Shown here piece after piece: positions 22,970 to 34,900 of a DNA stretch of 64,000 bases (positions are counted from its first letter, which is position 1; each line of letters opens with the position of its first letter). Source of the DNA: Balanoglossus misakiensis (lineage: Eukaryota > Animalia > Hemichordata); assembly GCA_040954595.2 (NCBI GenBank), contig CM082590.2, forward strand, positions 5,332,001 through 5,396,000, given 5' to 3'. The notes under the pieces were generated by a model. It was given only the letters and a program-made list of their open reading frames with translations. It was not told the DNA's origin and made no database searches. A program made the position numbers and the translations under genes.

Positions 22970-25900
22970 CTGGAAAAAAAGAACACATTCGATAAATCCC
23001 TTCAGTATCTAACACAAGAACAACAGTATACTACACATTGAGGATTCATTTATACATTCTTCGCAGACTAAATATGATGTAGTTTCTTTTTCTGGATTTG
23101 TGTACTGGTGCAATCGTTCTTTTGTCTGAATAAAGAACGCATTCTATGAATCCAGTACAAACACGACAGTTTGTACATACGATACATCAATTCATTTGTT
23201 AACATGTATGATTTAGAGAGCCTTGTTAGACTCTTAAACAGTTACTATTCTTTAATTCACTTTATTCTGTTGTTCTTCTGTAGTTCTCTTTCTGGATAGG
23301 TGGACTAAAAATCTTTCATGCATAATGTGCATGCCCTATGCTCATTCATATCATATTGCTAGATTCTGATTGCCACAGATGTACCGCGACAATTGCTATT
23401 ACTTCTTTACAGGGTGCTGTGATGAACACAGATGTAGTCCCACTTTGTAGGTTTCTGCACTAACATTGTTGCATGTATTAGGTATGAAAATCTAAATTCC
23501 TATATCTTACATGATACATGATGGTATGAGTAGGTTCATATTGCCATACTAATACTGCAGAATTTCTTTCTGTGTGTGGAGATGTGGTGAAATTGTACAG
23601 ATAACATATCAACAGTACTGATATATAAATTGGGAATTTACCTTGGTTGATAGTGATACACGGGAATATGACAGCAATGTCAACAACATTGTCCCATCAT
23701 GGTCATACTATAGGTTCAAAGAAGAATAAACATAGTTTATGAAATACATCAATGTCTGAACCTCTTCTTTTGATAATTATATACTTATATTTTTCATCTG
23801 AGGAAAGATGTGACCAAACCTAGAATAAATGTGTCTAAACATTTTCAAAGCATTACCAATCCCTCAGAAGTGTGTTGACACAAATCGATCATTGCAGTGT
23901 ATGAGTTAAACATCAGAAAATCTGCATGGCCTGCTTTATTCTGCTTCATTCTGTTCACGTGTGATTAATTGTACATTTGCCGTAAACAAAAGTGATATTA
24001 TCGGATAAACAATGAAACATTAACCATAATTCTTTATATTTCATATTGTTTTTATTTTCTGAGACGGGTTGGCGGGACAGACTAAGCATCTTATGGGTTT
24101 CTGTGTCTGAAATGTTGAAACTGATATTTTGATGTGTTATGCATGTAATGAGAAGCGACCGTGCAACTTAAATATACATAATGCATAATTAATTATTATA
24201 ACATGACTGCCTTTGTTTTGCATAGAAACCTGCAGTAGTCTGTCAGCGGTAATTTTATCCAGAGTTGGCTTTTTGAGCTTATTTAATTTCATTCAAGTTC
24301 CCAGCCTGTGAAGAAGCTTGACTCCGACATTAGAACGTCTGTCCTACCAAACACCATCTCCTCAATGTGCGTTTACAAGCAATTGCAAGGATTTGCGGTG
24401 ATGTTCTGTCTTTGACCAAGTGTTTTGATCAAGGATATAACACTACCACCATGTCTGGACTTGATAGATACATACCTTCAACTTTCTTACTGCGAAATCC
24501 AAAGGGGTTTCGCCATCCTAAAATATAAGAAGCCACATAACAGTGTTTATCGCTTGTTTTTTTCTTGTTTGTCTGTCAGATCTACAGAAATGTTTATCTG
24601 GACAGCTTGAAGTCGGTCAGTATGCAAGAGATTACCTTTAATGTTATAATAGAAGATGTATGAATAGAAGGCACAAAAACAAACAGTGCTTATGAATTAT
24701 AAGCAATGTTCGTTATAAACTAGTCTAGCGCTTGCCAAAGCTCGCAAAATATTGTCTGTGCATGAATGCACTGGCAAGTAACATGGCCACGAGAGCGACC
24801 AACGTAATGCCATGTTGCTTCTTGTCACAGTCTGGTTTATGTTTGTTAAAGCTGTAATAAAAGGATCATTCCCCACTGGCCAAAACTGTACACGTGGTTT
24901 AGATGTCTAAAGCTATGTTGTCTACAACTTCACCGCCATTGAATGAAAACAAAACAAGAATCATTTTCACAAAGTCAGCCAGCATGTTGGGGAGCCAGAA
25001 TAATCTTATGAACTCTCACGGCAGATAACCATCCACCTGAAGTACCCGATAATATCAACCGAAAACTGGGTGATAAACGTTGGAATTTCGCGGATGTACG
25101 CGAAAAATTCTGGAATGACACAAAATTCTTGCCTACGGGCGAAACTTAAACAGGAACAGTCAGTTGTGTCCACAATTAAAAAATCCCCCGGACCGCCATA
25201 TTTTAAGCAAATTTCAGGCAAAATGGGTGTACGGTGGTCACAGATTCCACTAAATGACAATAAATCACCAAACGAAACTATGTTTCAACTCTCTTCGGAA
25301 ACACATGGCCGACGACTGTTAATATACGAGAGAATACAACAAATGTAACGGATAGCCTCACACTTCACTGTGTAAAGCGCGCCAGGGATCTACTTCAGCG
25401 ACTACATATAATACTCAGACGTCCATTCTACCTGACTTCACCGCTAGTGGCGCCCTGCAACAGCCAATTTTACTTGGCGTCAGTCACTTGTAAGTGAAGT
25501 AATGCAGTTTTCATCAAGTCTTATTTGTTTGCTATCTTTAGGATTATGATCAACGAACAACTAGTGCGGTCGAACTGTTTTTGGCAAAGTTTCAGGGTAA
25601 CAATTTAATCGCTGTGATTATTTCAAAGAGTTTAGTTAAAACCTGAGTGACGGGTATTGTACGGGCATTGCACATGTAGGGTCATGTTTGGATTGACAAT
25701 GCCATAGGTGCTAATTTGTGTCCGTCTTCGGGACTATAGGCAACGAACATCCAATAAGTCTGAAACACAATATGAGAGTGAGCGAAATTATTTTAAGAAG
25801 TAAAAGTCGCCTGAGTTTGAATTGATCAAGTCTTTGATACTTCAGGGGGGAGTTGACCCTTTCCTGAGTCTGTCTTGATCATGGCAACCTGATACAAAAT

Positions 25901-28900
25901 CTTGTGTGTATCTATAAGGGCATTTCATTAGCTAGCCTTTATCTATCGCTACAAGTCGTACATTAATTTTTAAAAGCATAGCAAGTCTAGAATGTTTTCT
26001 CCGTTCTTCTAAAGTTTTCTATCGTGTAATCTTCAGACAAATCAACGGGGAGAAATCATGAGAGCCAGCTCAGCGAGCTTGAGTGCGAGGTGAGGGCGGA
26101 CTTTATCTGAACCATAAATCATAGCAAAAATTGTAGGCCAATGAAAGGTGTCTTGGGTGAAACCCTCAATAACTGAATTTCATTGCATAGATTACGTGGG
26201 ATTCTCCCTATGTTAGGATTGGAATATGTGACGCTTTCTCTGGAATGTTTTTTAAAAAATAAGCCCTTTTCCGTCTCAACCTTGCCATAACATCTCAAAG
26301 CTCTTTAATTTTTTCTTGTGCTTTTTTGGTTATCTTCTTTATTGGTGAAATGCAGTTCAGGTCTGGTAAACATAGATTTATTAATATTGAAGAGCAGGTA
26401 TAGCAAGAAAGCAGAACTGAATGGTGAAGGTTTGTGGGTTGAAGCATTTATATTTGCAGATTTTGTACAAACGCTTTTACAAGACTTAGTTGTGACGTGT
26501 ACCAGCCTTTATCAAATGTGTTGCACAATCACGACCGCCTGGTGGCACTGTGACCATAGGTTGCCTGTGCAAAATAGGTGATAGACGCCCTTCTCGTCTG
26601 AGGCCATGTTTATTAAATTGGGCATGGAGTAATGAGCGGATGTTTTCGCCGTATCCGGAGGTCTGGTCACGGTTGCGTTGTGATCATTCGTTCCACGCGT
26701 TCGAGTTTTTCCAGCATTTTGGTTTTCTCTATGTTCAGTGTGTCCATTTCCTGTTCCGGTCAGACACTGGAATTCCGCGTTTTCCTTGATTTGTCGATAG
26801 TTTTGTTCGAGATTTGATCTTCTCTGCCGGGGGGGGGGGTGTCAGAAGTGCCCGATCGAGGAAGGGGTGCCACCGTTTTGATTTTGAAAAGAAAACAACT
26901 TGCCTGTATCACACGTAGAAGGTAAACTTGTAAAGTGCGCACATTTGTACGCATCTGTTCCTTCCAAGGAAATCTTTGAGATTTGCTAAAATACTCACTT
27001 CTACTATTGCTTTTTCATGAGATTATACACATGCCCTATATACATTATAATATTGAATGTTTAAACAATCTATAATTAAACAATAGACATTTATATTTAC
27101 AATAATATAAATCTGCTGATCTTGATCTCACATTCAACAAAAACAAACAACACTTCCTGCTCTGACTGATTGATTTCTTTTTTTTAATCTTGTGTAAACA
27201 CTGCATAATTATACAAGACCGGCTGTCATTGTTAAATAGGTTGTAAAGTCTGGGTCGTTGGGAACATGGCAGAGGGATAGACTTTAACTATTTATTTTTA
27301 TTTACCTATGTTGAAAAATGTGTGTTATTGATAATAAAACGTGTCAACTGATGTGTGAGTGCAGAATAGAAATTAGTGTGATTACATTAACTTACTTTAT
27401 CCTGCACATCAACGCTGGCATTGGATTGCAGTAGAAGTTTCACCACGTCACCAGAGCCATTCTGTGCTGCATAGTGTAACGGTGCCCGACCAATCTATGG
27501 GAATACAGCAAAAATGTGTCACTGAAAATCCCTGACTATAAGCGTATAATGGAACACGCAATGTTCCATTAAGCATGCATTGTAAGACACATTCTGTACA
27601 TTCATTTGTGAGATGGCACAACATGTTTGCCGAAACTTTTTTTTTTTGGGGGGGGGGGGGATAAATAAATAGTAGTCCAGTCCCCCATGTAATAGACATG
27701 AATGCATGATGTGGTGATAGGGCAGTGTCCTTTGAGGGAACATTAACATCACAGGTATTATTTTACTTGAGATTTATGATACGCGCATGTGATGTTTTCA
27801 TTTGAAGATATCCTCTGTACAATACCTCAAACTGACAATGATCTAAATATTATAAAAGCCTAGACAGCAGTTTCATTACCCCTTAAAAGAGCATTGAGAA
27901 CGCCAATTATGAATCAAAGGTAAGAAATATGCGGAACCACTGTTGACATTCAAATGCTTATGGTGGACTTCAGCCAGACAACTTGTTTTTAGTCTCGCCA
28001 GCCAGACCTCTCTCTCTGTCATTCGACGGCATAGCCACACGAAGTGCGCCACAAGCGGTGAAGCCACAAGAATCGAGCATTGGAGACAACGTCGCCGTTT
28101 GTGGCGCCCTTCGTGTGCCTGGCCGCGACGTCGACGGATAGCGAGCTCTGGCAGGCGAGTAGTCTTGGTTACCCAGAGCCCTCTGCTTCTTCCGCTGGGC
28201 ACTCCAGAAAGAGGGTCTATGGGGAAATACCATAGACAAATCGCCGGGCAAAGATGGCCGCCTTGAGACAAAAAGCGATGCAGCGAAGCGGTCCAGAAAT
28301 ATCATGCAAGGGGTGGAGGGAACAGCGTTCAACCGTCTCGATGGACTCTTGCACGCTCAAATGACGGATGCAACGCACTGAGTGTGTAATGTGTTGAAAA
28401 CTGCATCTGCTGGCTCTGAACCTTTAGACCAACCAAAGTCATCTAATTAATGCATCGGTACACACAAACATACGACACAACCCAACACAGAACTCAACAC
28501 TCGGCATGAACTGAAAGCAGCAAATGCTCCAGCGAAGCCAGAGTTATGACCGTATGTACATTTATACTCATACACATCTGAATGTCAAGTTTGCATTGGC
28601 TTTATGGCTGCCAAACAGAAAGTTTGTTTCAGGGTTTTGACAAATATCATTGGAGTATGTAAGTGACAGCCGCGCATCAGGAAACTAATTGTATCTCATG
28701 AAACGCAGGGATGGTGTGATTTTCAATATTACCTACAGTCATAAATTGCGACAACATGTGGTGGGAAAGTACTAGAATTTAAAATAAAATTAGACGTGAC
28801 CATAGCAACACGTGGCAAAAGGCAAGCCAAATTCTGACAGGAACATTGTGATCGTACTGGTGAACTTATAGGGCTTCCCAACAGCCAGCAATCTGGACTT

Positions 28901-31900
28901 ATCAACTGAAGACCTAGCTGTGGAAACCTAGCTGTTCCGCCGGGGGGGGGGGAGATGCGGGGAATTAGTATCCCCCCCCCCCGGTGGAACAGCTGCATTT
29001 CCACAGCTACTGAAAATCCAACTCCGAAAAAGTTGGATTTTCAGAAATTTAATTCCACTTTCCTCGTGCAACGGAAGATTCTGAACGCGTTTTGCTTTCA
29101 AAAAATCTACGCTGGACGCCCATTTGTGTAATACGCCCTTTACGAAAACAATAAACTTTACCCGGAAACGCCTACACTAAACAGTATAGAAAACATTTTC
29201 CAATTTCCGAAAAACCTCTTTTTTACATAATTACTGCTGAAAAAGTTAGAAATTTATGAAAATATTCCCCATTCTTTGCCAATTTCTAATGAAAAAATTA
29301 CATAATGGTATTCTTAGTCTCTTTCCTGCAGCTGTACAGCAGGAAAAATGCATTTTGTCATATTTTGGCTTTAAACTAAAATAAAAATTTATCTGTGAAA
29401 AAACTGAGTCTCCTTCAAAGCCATGTACATGACAGTCCTTTTGATTTTTTTCTAATGAAATTTTGTCTCCATGTTTATCATGAGTAATATTTCTATTGAA
29501 AATTTGCAAGTGTGTGAATTGTTTGTAAAATTTCGCCAGAAAAAACAATAGCATCAAAAAGTAAATCTGAAACCCGATATTTATTACAAGAATTGTTAGA
29601 TTAATATCCGTATCACACAAATCCGTTGGATTTCGTATGAATTTTAGGAAATAAGCACTGCTCATTGACAAATCCATATTTTGCGGCTAAAATACTTGGA
29701 AAGAGTCAGTGGCATGTGAGAGCTTGGAAATTTCCAAGTACTGACAAGGGTCAGTGGTCGGAAATTTCCAGACACTCAGGGAATGTGAGAGTCTGGAAAT
29801 TTCCAAGCACTGACAAGGGTCAGTGGTCGGAAATTTCCAGACACTCAGGGAATGTGAGAGCCTGGAAATTTCCAAGCACTGACAAGGGTCAGTGGTCGGA
29901 AATTTCCAGACACTCAGGGAATATGAGAGCCTGGAAATTTCCAAGCAATGACAAGGGTCAGTGGTCGAAAATTTCCAGACACTCAGGGAATGTGAGAGCT
30001 TAGAAATATCCAAGCACTGACAAGGGTCAGTGGTCGGAAATTTCCGGACACTCAGGGAATGTGAGAGCCTGGAAATTTCCAAGCACTGACAAGGGTCAGT
30101 GGTCGGATATTTCCAGACACTTAGGGAATGTGAGAGCTTAGAAATTTCCAAGCACAGACAAGGGTCAGTGGTCGGAAATTTCCAGACACTCAGGGAATGT
30201 GAGAGCCTTGAACTTTCCAAGCACTGACAGGGTCGTGGTAGTCCTCCGTACATGTCTGCGTTCTCCCGGCGTTTAATACACGGCTTCCACCACATCTCTG
30301 CAAGGCTCCATGGACAAAACTGATTCGTCTGAGATCCGGATCCGGACAGCAGCTTTTTGGCCGAGATTGGATTTTATCGGGGGGGAATCTTTCCCCCGTC
30401 TACCCACAAATGACTCCAAATATGATGTAATTAACTTCCGAGCCGCTCGCTTTCTGATTTTCTCTTGTGTTTACCTGTTGAGATCGCCATATTGAATACA
30501 GTGAGGTTATCTCAATGGGTAAACACAAAAGTTTCAGAAAGCGAGCGGTTCGGATGTTAGAAGAAGTCAATCGCAGTTATAACCGGTTAGTAGACAGGGA
30601 AAGGATATTCTCCCGATAAAATCGAATTTCGGCGAAAAGCTCTGGTACGGATCTGGACCGCAGACGCACCAGGTTTGTCTAAGGAGCCTTAGCGTCACAA
30701 TGTTCATGACAGGCTTCGCCTACCAACTCCTCTGAGTTAGCCCATACACTAGTTGTTTATTGGGAATTGGTATTGTTTATCTGACACAATTGTTCTTTCT
30801 ACTCTGTATACAAAGTCACAACTTCACAACTACCAAATGCTATTGTTCTTGAATTATGCAGTGTTACCAAATGTCACAGTTCAAACCACTGTATATAAAG
30901 AAGTATTGGCCATCCCGCCCCTCTCTCTTCATTCCGAACCTATTCCCAAGTGTACGCGGTACATTTGTTGGTGCCGAGACCAGGATGTCGGGCATGGAGA
31001 GAGAGAAGAACAGCAGAAGAGGCCACCGCAGTCAAACGACCAAACTCATCCGTAGGGTTGAAGATATAAATACAGGCGAAGTTCCTCAACAGATCGTTTT
31101 CCTAAAGGCCATAATTTGAAACATGATAGAGAAACTCAAGATTTCCAAGCACTGACCCTGTCAATGCTTGGAAATTTCCAGGCTCTCACATTCCCCGAGT
31201 GACTGGATATTTCCGGCCACTAACCCTGTCAGTGCTTGGAAATTTCTAGGCTCTCACATTCCCTGAGTGTCTGGAAATTTCCGACCACTGACCCTTGTCA
31301 GTGCTTGGAAATTTCTAAGCTCTCACATTCCCTGAGTGTCTGGAAATTTCCGACCACTGACCCTTGTCAGTGCTTGGAAATTTCCAGGCTCTCACATTCC
31401 CTGAGTGTCTGGAAATTTCCGACCACTGACCCTTGTCAGTGCTTGGAAATTTCCAGGCTCTCACATTTCCAAGCACTGACCCTTCTGGAGTGACTAGCAA
31501 TTTTTTGCAAATTGTACTATTAATTGAATTCATAATTTAGTTATTAGTTTTTTTCAATGAAATATTCAAATCCATACAACCTAAAGATGGCTCCTTCATT
31601 ATTTCTATGGAAATTTCACAGTTTATTCTTTTCTTTCTGCACACTCGCAAACATCTTGAAAATAATCATAGAAAAATATCGAAATATATTGTACTGTGAA
31701 CAAAACACTAATTTCCTTGAAAAAAGTTTAAAAAACGGCTACTTTTCGGAAATTGGAAAATGTTTTCTATACTGTTACTAGATGATTTCATGTCTTCAGA
31801 CAAACACAGAGAAATAAACTGTCAGGTTTAATCCCCCTGAAATTTTTTCCTTGCCTTTATGCAAAATACAGAATGATTTTTCAAGACATAGACCGACCGT

Positions 31901-34900
31901 GTTATGGCAAGTGTCCACGGCTGTTTAGCCAACATCGCTAAAGTTATTATAGGCTTATATTGAGCATTTGTGAACAGATAAACAGTTAGGCGTAGGTCAC
32001 ACTATACATGTATAGGGCTCAGTCGATATACTCGTGTCATCAATGGAGCAATTCAAGCGCCTGTGCAATACGTTGCAGTCATCTCTACAACAAGCTGACT
32101 GACTAAAATAATTGGAATCGGACAACAGTGTGATAATTTTTATCAGCGGAATCTAACCGACGTGACAAGCTCAATGCAATGCGGGCCGGGTTAACGCAGA
32201 TTTGAGTCTTAGCAAGGCTGGCTTCTCTAGCTTGAGTGGTCGTCCCGTCGAGCGCTCTGCATGGATGATACACGTCCTATTATACCAGCGCAATCCCCAC
32301 TGCAGTCGCCTCGACCTACTAGGATTTTCAATTGCCATCATGCCCAGTCTACGCTACAGTGGGCGGCTTCCATCATTCAAAAAAAAATAATTCTAAAAAT
32401 AGAATTTCAGGGATTTGTGGGCAATTTTTTTCCAACAAACAATGCACACATGCGCAGCGTGACAAGAGCTTCCGTTTGAAGTTTTATAACCAGTTTATAT
32501 TTTAATGCGGGGTGGCAGGCTATATATTGTTTTATCAATACTGGAATAGAGGATTTCTTTCATGATTTAATCAGGAAGAAGGGCTCTCATTTGTTGGTCC
32601 TAAATTACGATACACACTAATATTTACATATAAATCAACTGATCTTGATTTCACATTCAACACAAACAAACAAAACTTCTTGCTCATAATGATTGATTTC
32701 TCTTTTTAAATCATGACAAAATGTGCTTTTAAAGAAAAAATACATTGAAATTTTTTTTTTTTTACAGAATCCATAATTAACAAGACAGGCTGTCATAGGT
32801 AAAAATAGGTTGTAACGTCTGGGTTGTTGGGAATAAGGTAGAGGGATAGACGTTAATCATTTATTTTTATTTACCTTTGTTCAAAAATGTGTGTTATTGA
32901 TAATAAAACGTGTCAACTGATGTATGAGTGCAGAATAGAATTGGTGTGATTACAGTAACTTACAATGGACTGCACATTGATGCTGGCATTGGATTGCAGT
33001 AGAAGTCTCACCACGTCACCATGTCCTTTCCATGCTGCATAGTGTAACGGTGCCCAACAATCCTGTGGGAATACAACAAAAATGTGTCACGGATAATCCC
33101 TGACTATAACCGTCTAAGGGAACACACAGTATTTCATTAAACATGCAATGTAACACACATTCTGAAACATTCATTTTGAGATGGCATGTTTTGCCGAAAC
33201 TTTTTTAGGTCCCATTGGTATAGGCATATATACCATGGGACCTTATGAGATCGGTTGCGTCTGTATGTATGTATGGATGTATGTATGGATGTATGGATGG
33301 ATGGATGTATGTCTGTATGTCCGTCCACATCAAAAACTTGAAAACCGCTGCGCGTATCACCTCAATATTTGGTGTGTAGGTGCAGGCTGGGCTGTAGATG
33401 GGAGTTTGTCCAAACGAAATTGCCAGGCCCAAAAATATGCAAATTAGCTGGAAAAATGTGAAATTTATCAAAACTCTGAAAGTCAACAACTACCCGTCAG
33501 ATTGCTTTAAAAATTGGTATGCATGTACCATATGTCAACCTCACATCGACCTGTAAGTGTTAAGTTAATATCATCGATGTTTTATTTTTTTATGAATTTT
33601 TTAGTCTTTTTATTAAATTTATACCTTTACTTATACCTCTATGGTTAAGCTATGTCCACATCTTATTGTGGAATTCTGGTCCGTGCAATAGTCCTGTACA
33701 GTGACTGTCTATTGGTCAGTGAGCACAATGGGGCCAAAATAAAAGGCACAATTTTGGGCTCACCTGTAACACCTGCTTAACACATTAATTATGTGCATAC
33801 CTAATTCCGGGCTAACTAATAGGGCTAGAGGTTTCGTTCTTGTGGGACATGGACCAGTATAGGGTCAAAATTTCTTGCCCAAATTTTGGGTGACCTCAGG
33901 TGACCTTTGACCTTCTTTCCTATATCTCGGCATCCAGAGCAGGTACAGACTTGGCGTTTGGAGGGTTGGGACTAAAATTGAAAAGCCAAAATATTGGTCA
34001 CCTGTGACACCTGCATATCTCATTTATTATGTGTATACCTAATTCCAGGCTAACCAATAGGGCTAGGTTTGGTTTTTGTTGAACATAGACCAGTATAAGG
34101 TCAAAATTTCTTGCCCAAATTTTGCATGACCTCAGGTGACCTTTGACCTACTTTATCATATCTTGGCATCCAGAGCAGGTACAGACTTGGCGTTTGGAGG
34201 GTTGGGACTAAAATTGAAAAGCCAAAATTGGGGGTCACCTGTGACACCTGCATATCTCATTTATTATGTGCATACCTAATTCCAGGCTAACCAATAGGGC
34301 TATAGGTTTGGTTTTTGTTGAACCTGGACCAGTATAGGGTCAAAATTTCTTGCCCAAATTTTGCATGACCTCAGGTGACCTTTGTACTTTATCATATCTT
34401 GGCATCCAGAGCAGGTACAGACTTTGCGTTTGGAGGGTTGGGACTAAAATTGAAAAGCCAAAATTGGGGGTCACCTGTGACACCTGCATATCTCATTAAT
34501 TATGTGCATACCTAATTCCAGGCTAACCAATAGGGCTATAGGTTTGGTTTTTGTTGAACCTGGACCAGTATAGGGTCAAAATTTCTTGCCCAAATTTTGC
34601 ATGACCTCAGGTGACCTTTGACCTACTTTATCATATATTGGCATCCAGAGCAGGTACAGACTTGGCGTTTGGAGGGTTGGGACTAAAATTGAAAAGCCAA
34701 AATTGGGGGTCATCTGTGACACCTGTATATCTCATTAATTATGTGCATACATGTACCTAATTCCAGGCTAACCAATAGGGCTATAGGTTTGGTTTTTGTT
34801 GAACCTGGACCAGTATAGGGTCAAAATTTCTTGCCCAAATTTTGCATGACCTCAGGTGACCTTTGTACTTTATCATATCTTGGCATCCAGAGCAGGTACA

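Larger units (their letters stand above)
29180..31776. mobile_element. Non-autonomous TIR DNA transposon with inverted 69-bp subterminal arrays
   Basis: Perfect 34-bp TIR AACAGTATAGAAAACATTTTCCAATTTCCGAAAA and TSD ACTA (29176-29179, 31777-31780). An empty site with a single ACTA lies at 41982-41985 in the paralogous unit. Confidence 0.9.

Noticed and set aside
23643-23708. Possible extra 66-nt phase-0 exon (YDHDGTMLLTLLSYSRVSLSTK)
   Set aside because: Weak splice signals, no convincing ankyrin pattern, and it would interrupt the C-cap.
26300-26954. Coding-like stretch on the minus strand (MASDEKGVYHLFCTGNLWSQC)
   Set aside because: Probably a decayed retroelement fragment; multiple stops and no assignable domain.
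29665-31533. Repetitive ORFs (23-aa units) and a CRISPR-like appearance of the palindromic 69-bp array
   Set aside because: The units are head-to-tail with no unique spacers, there are no cas genes and the context is eukaryotic. The ORFs are a by-product of a unit length divisible by 3.
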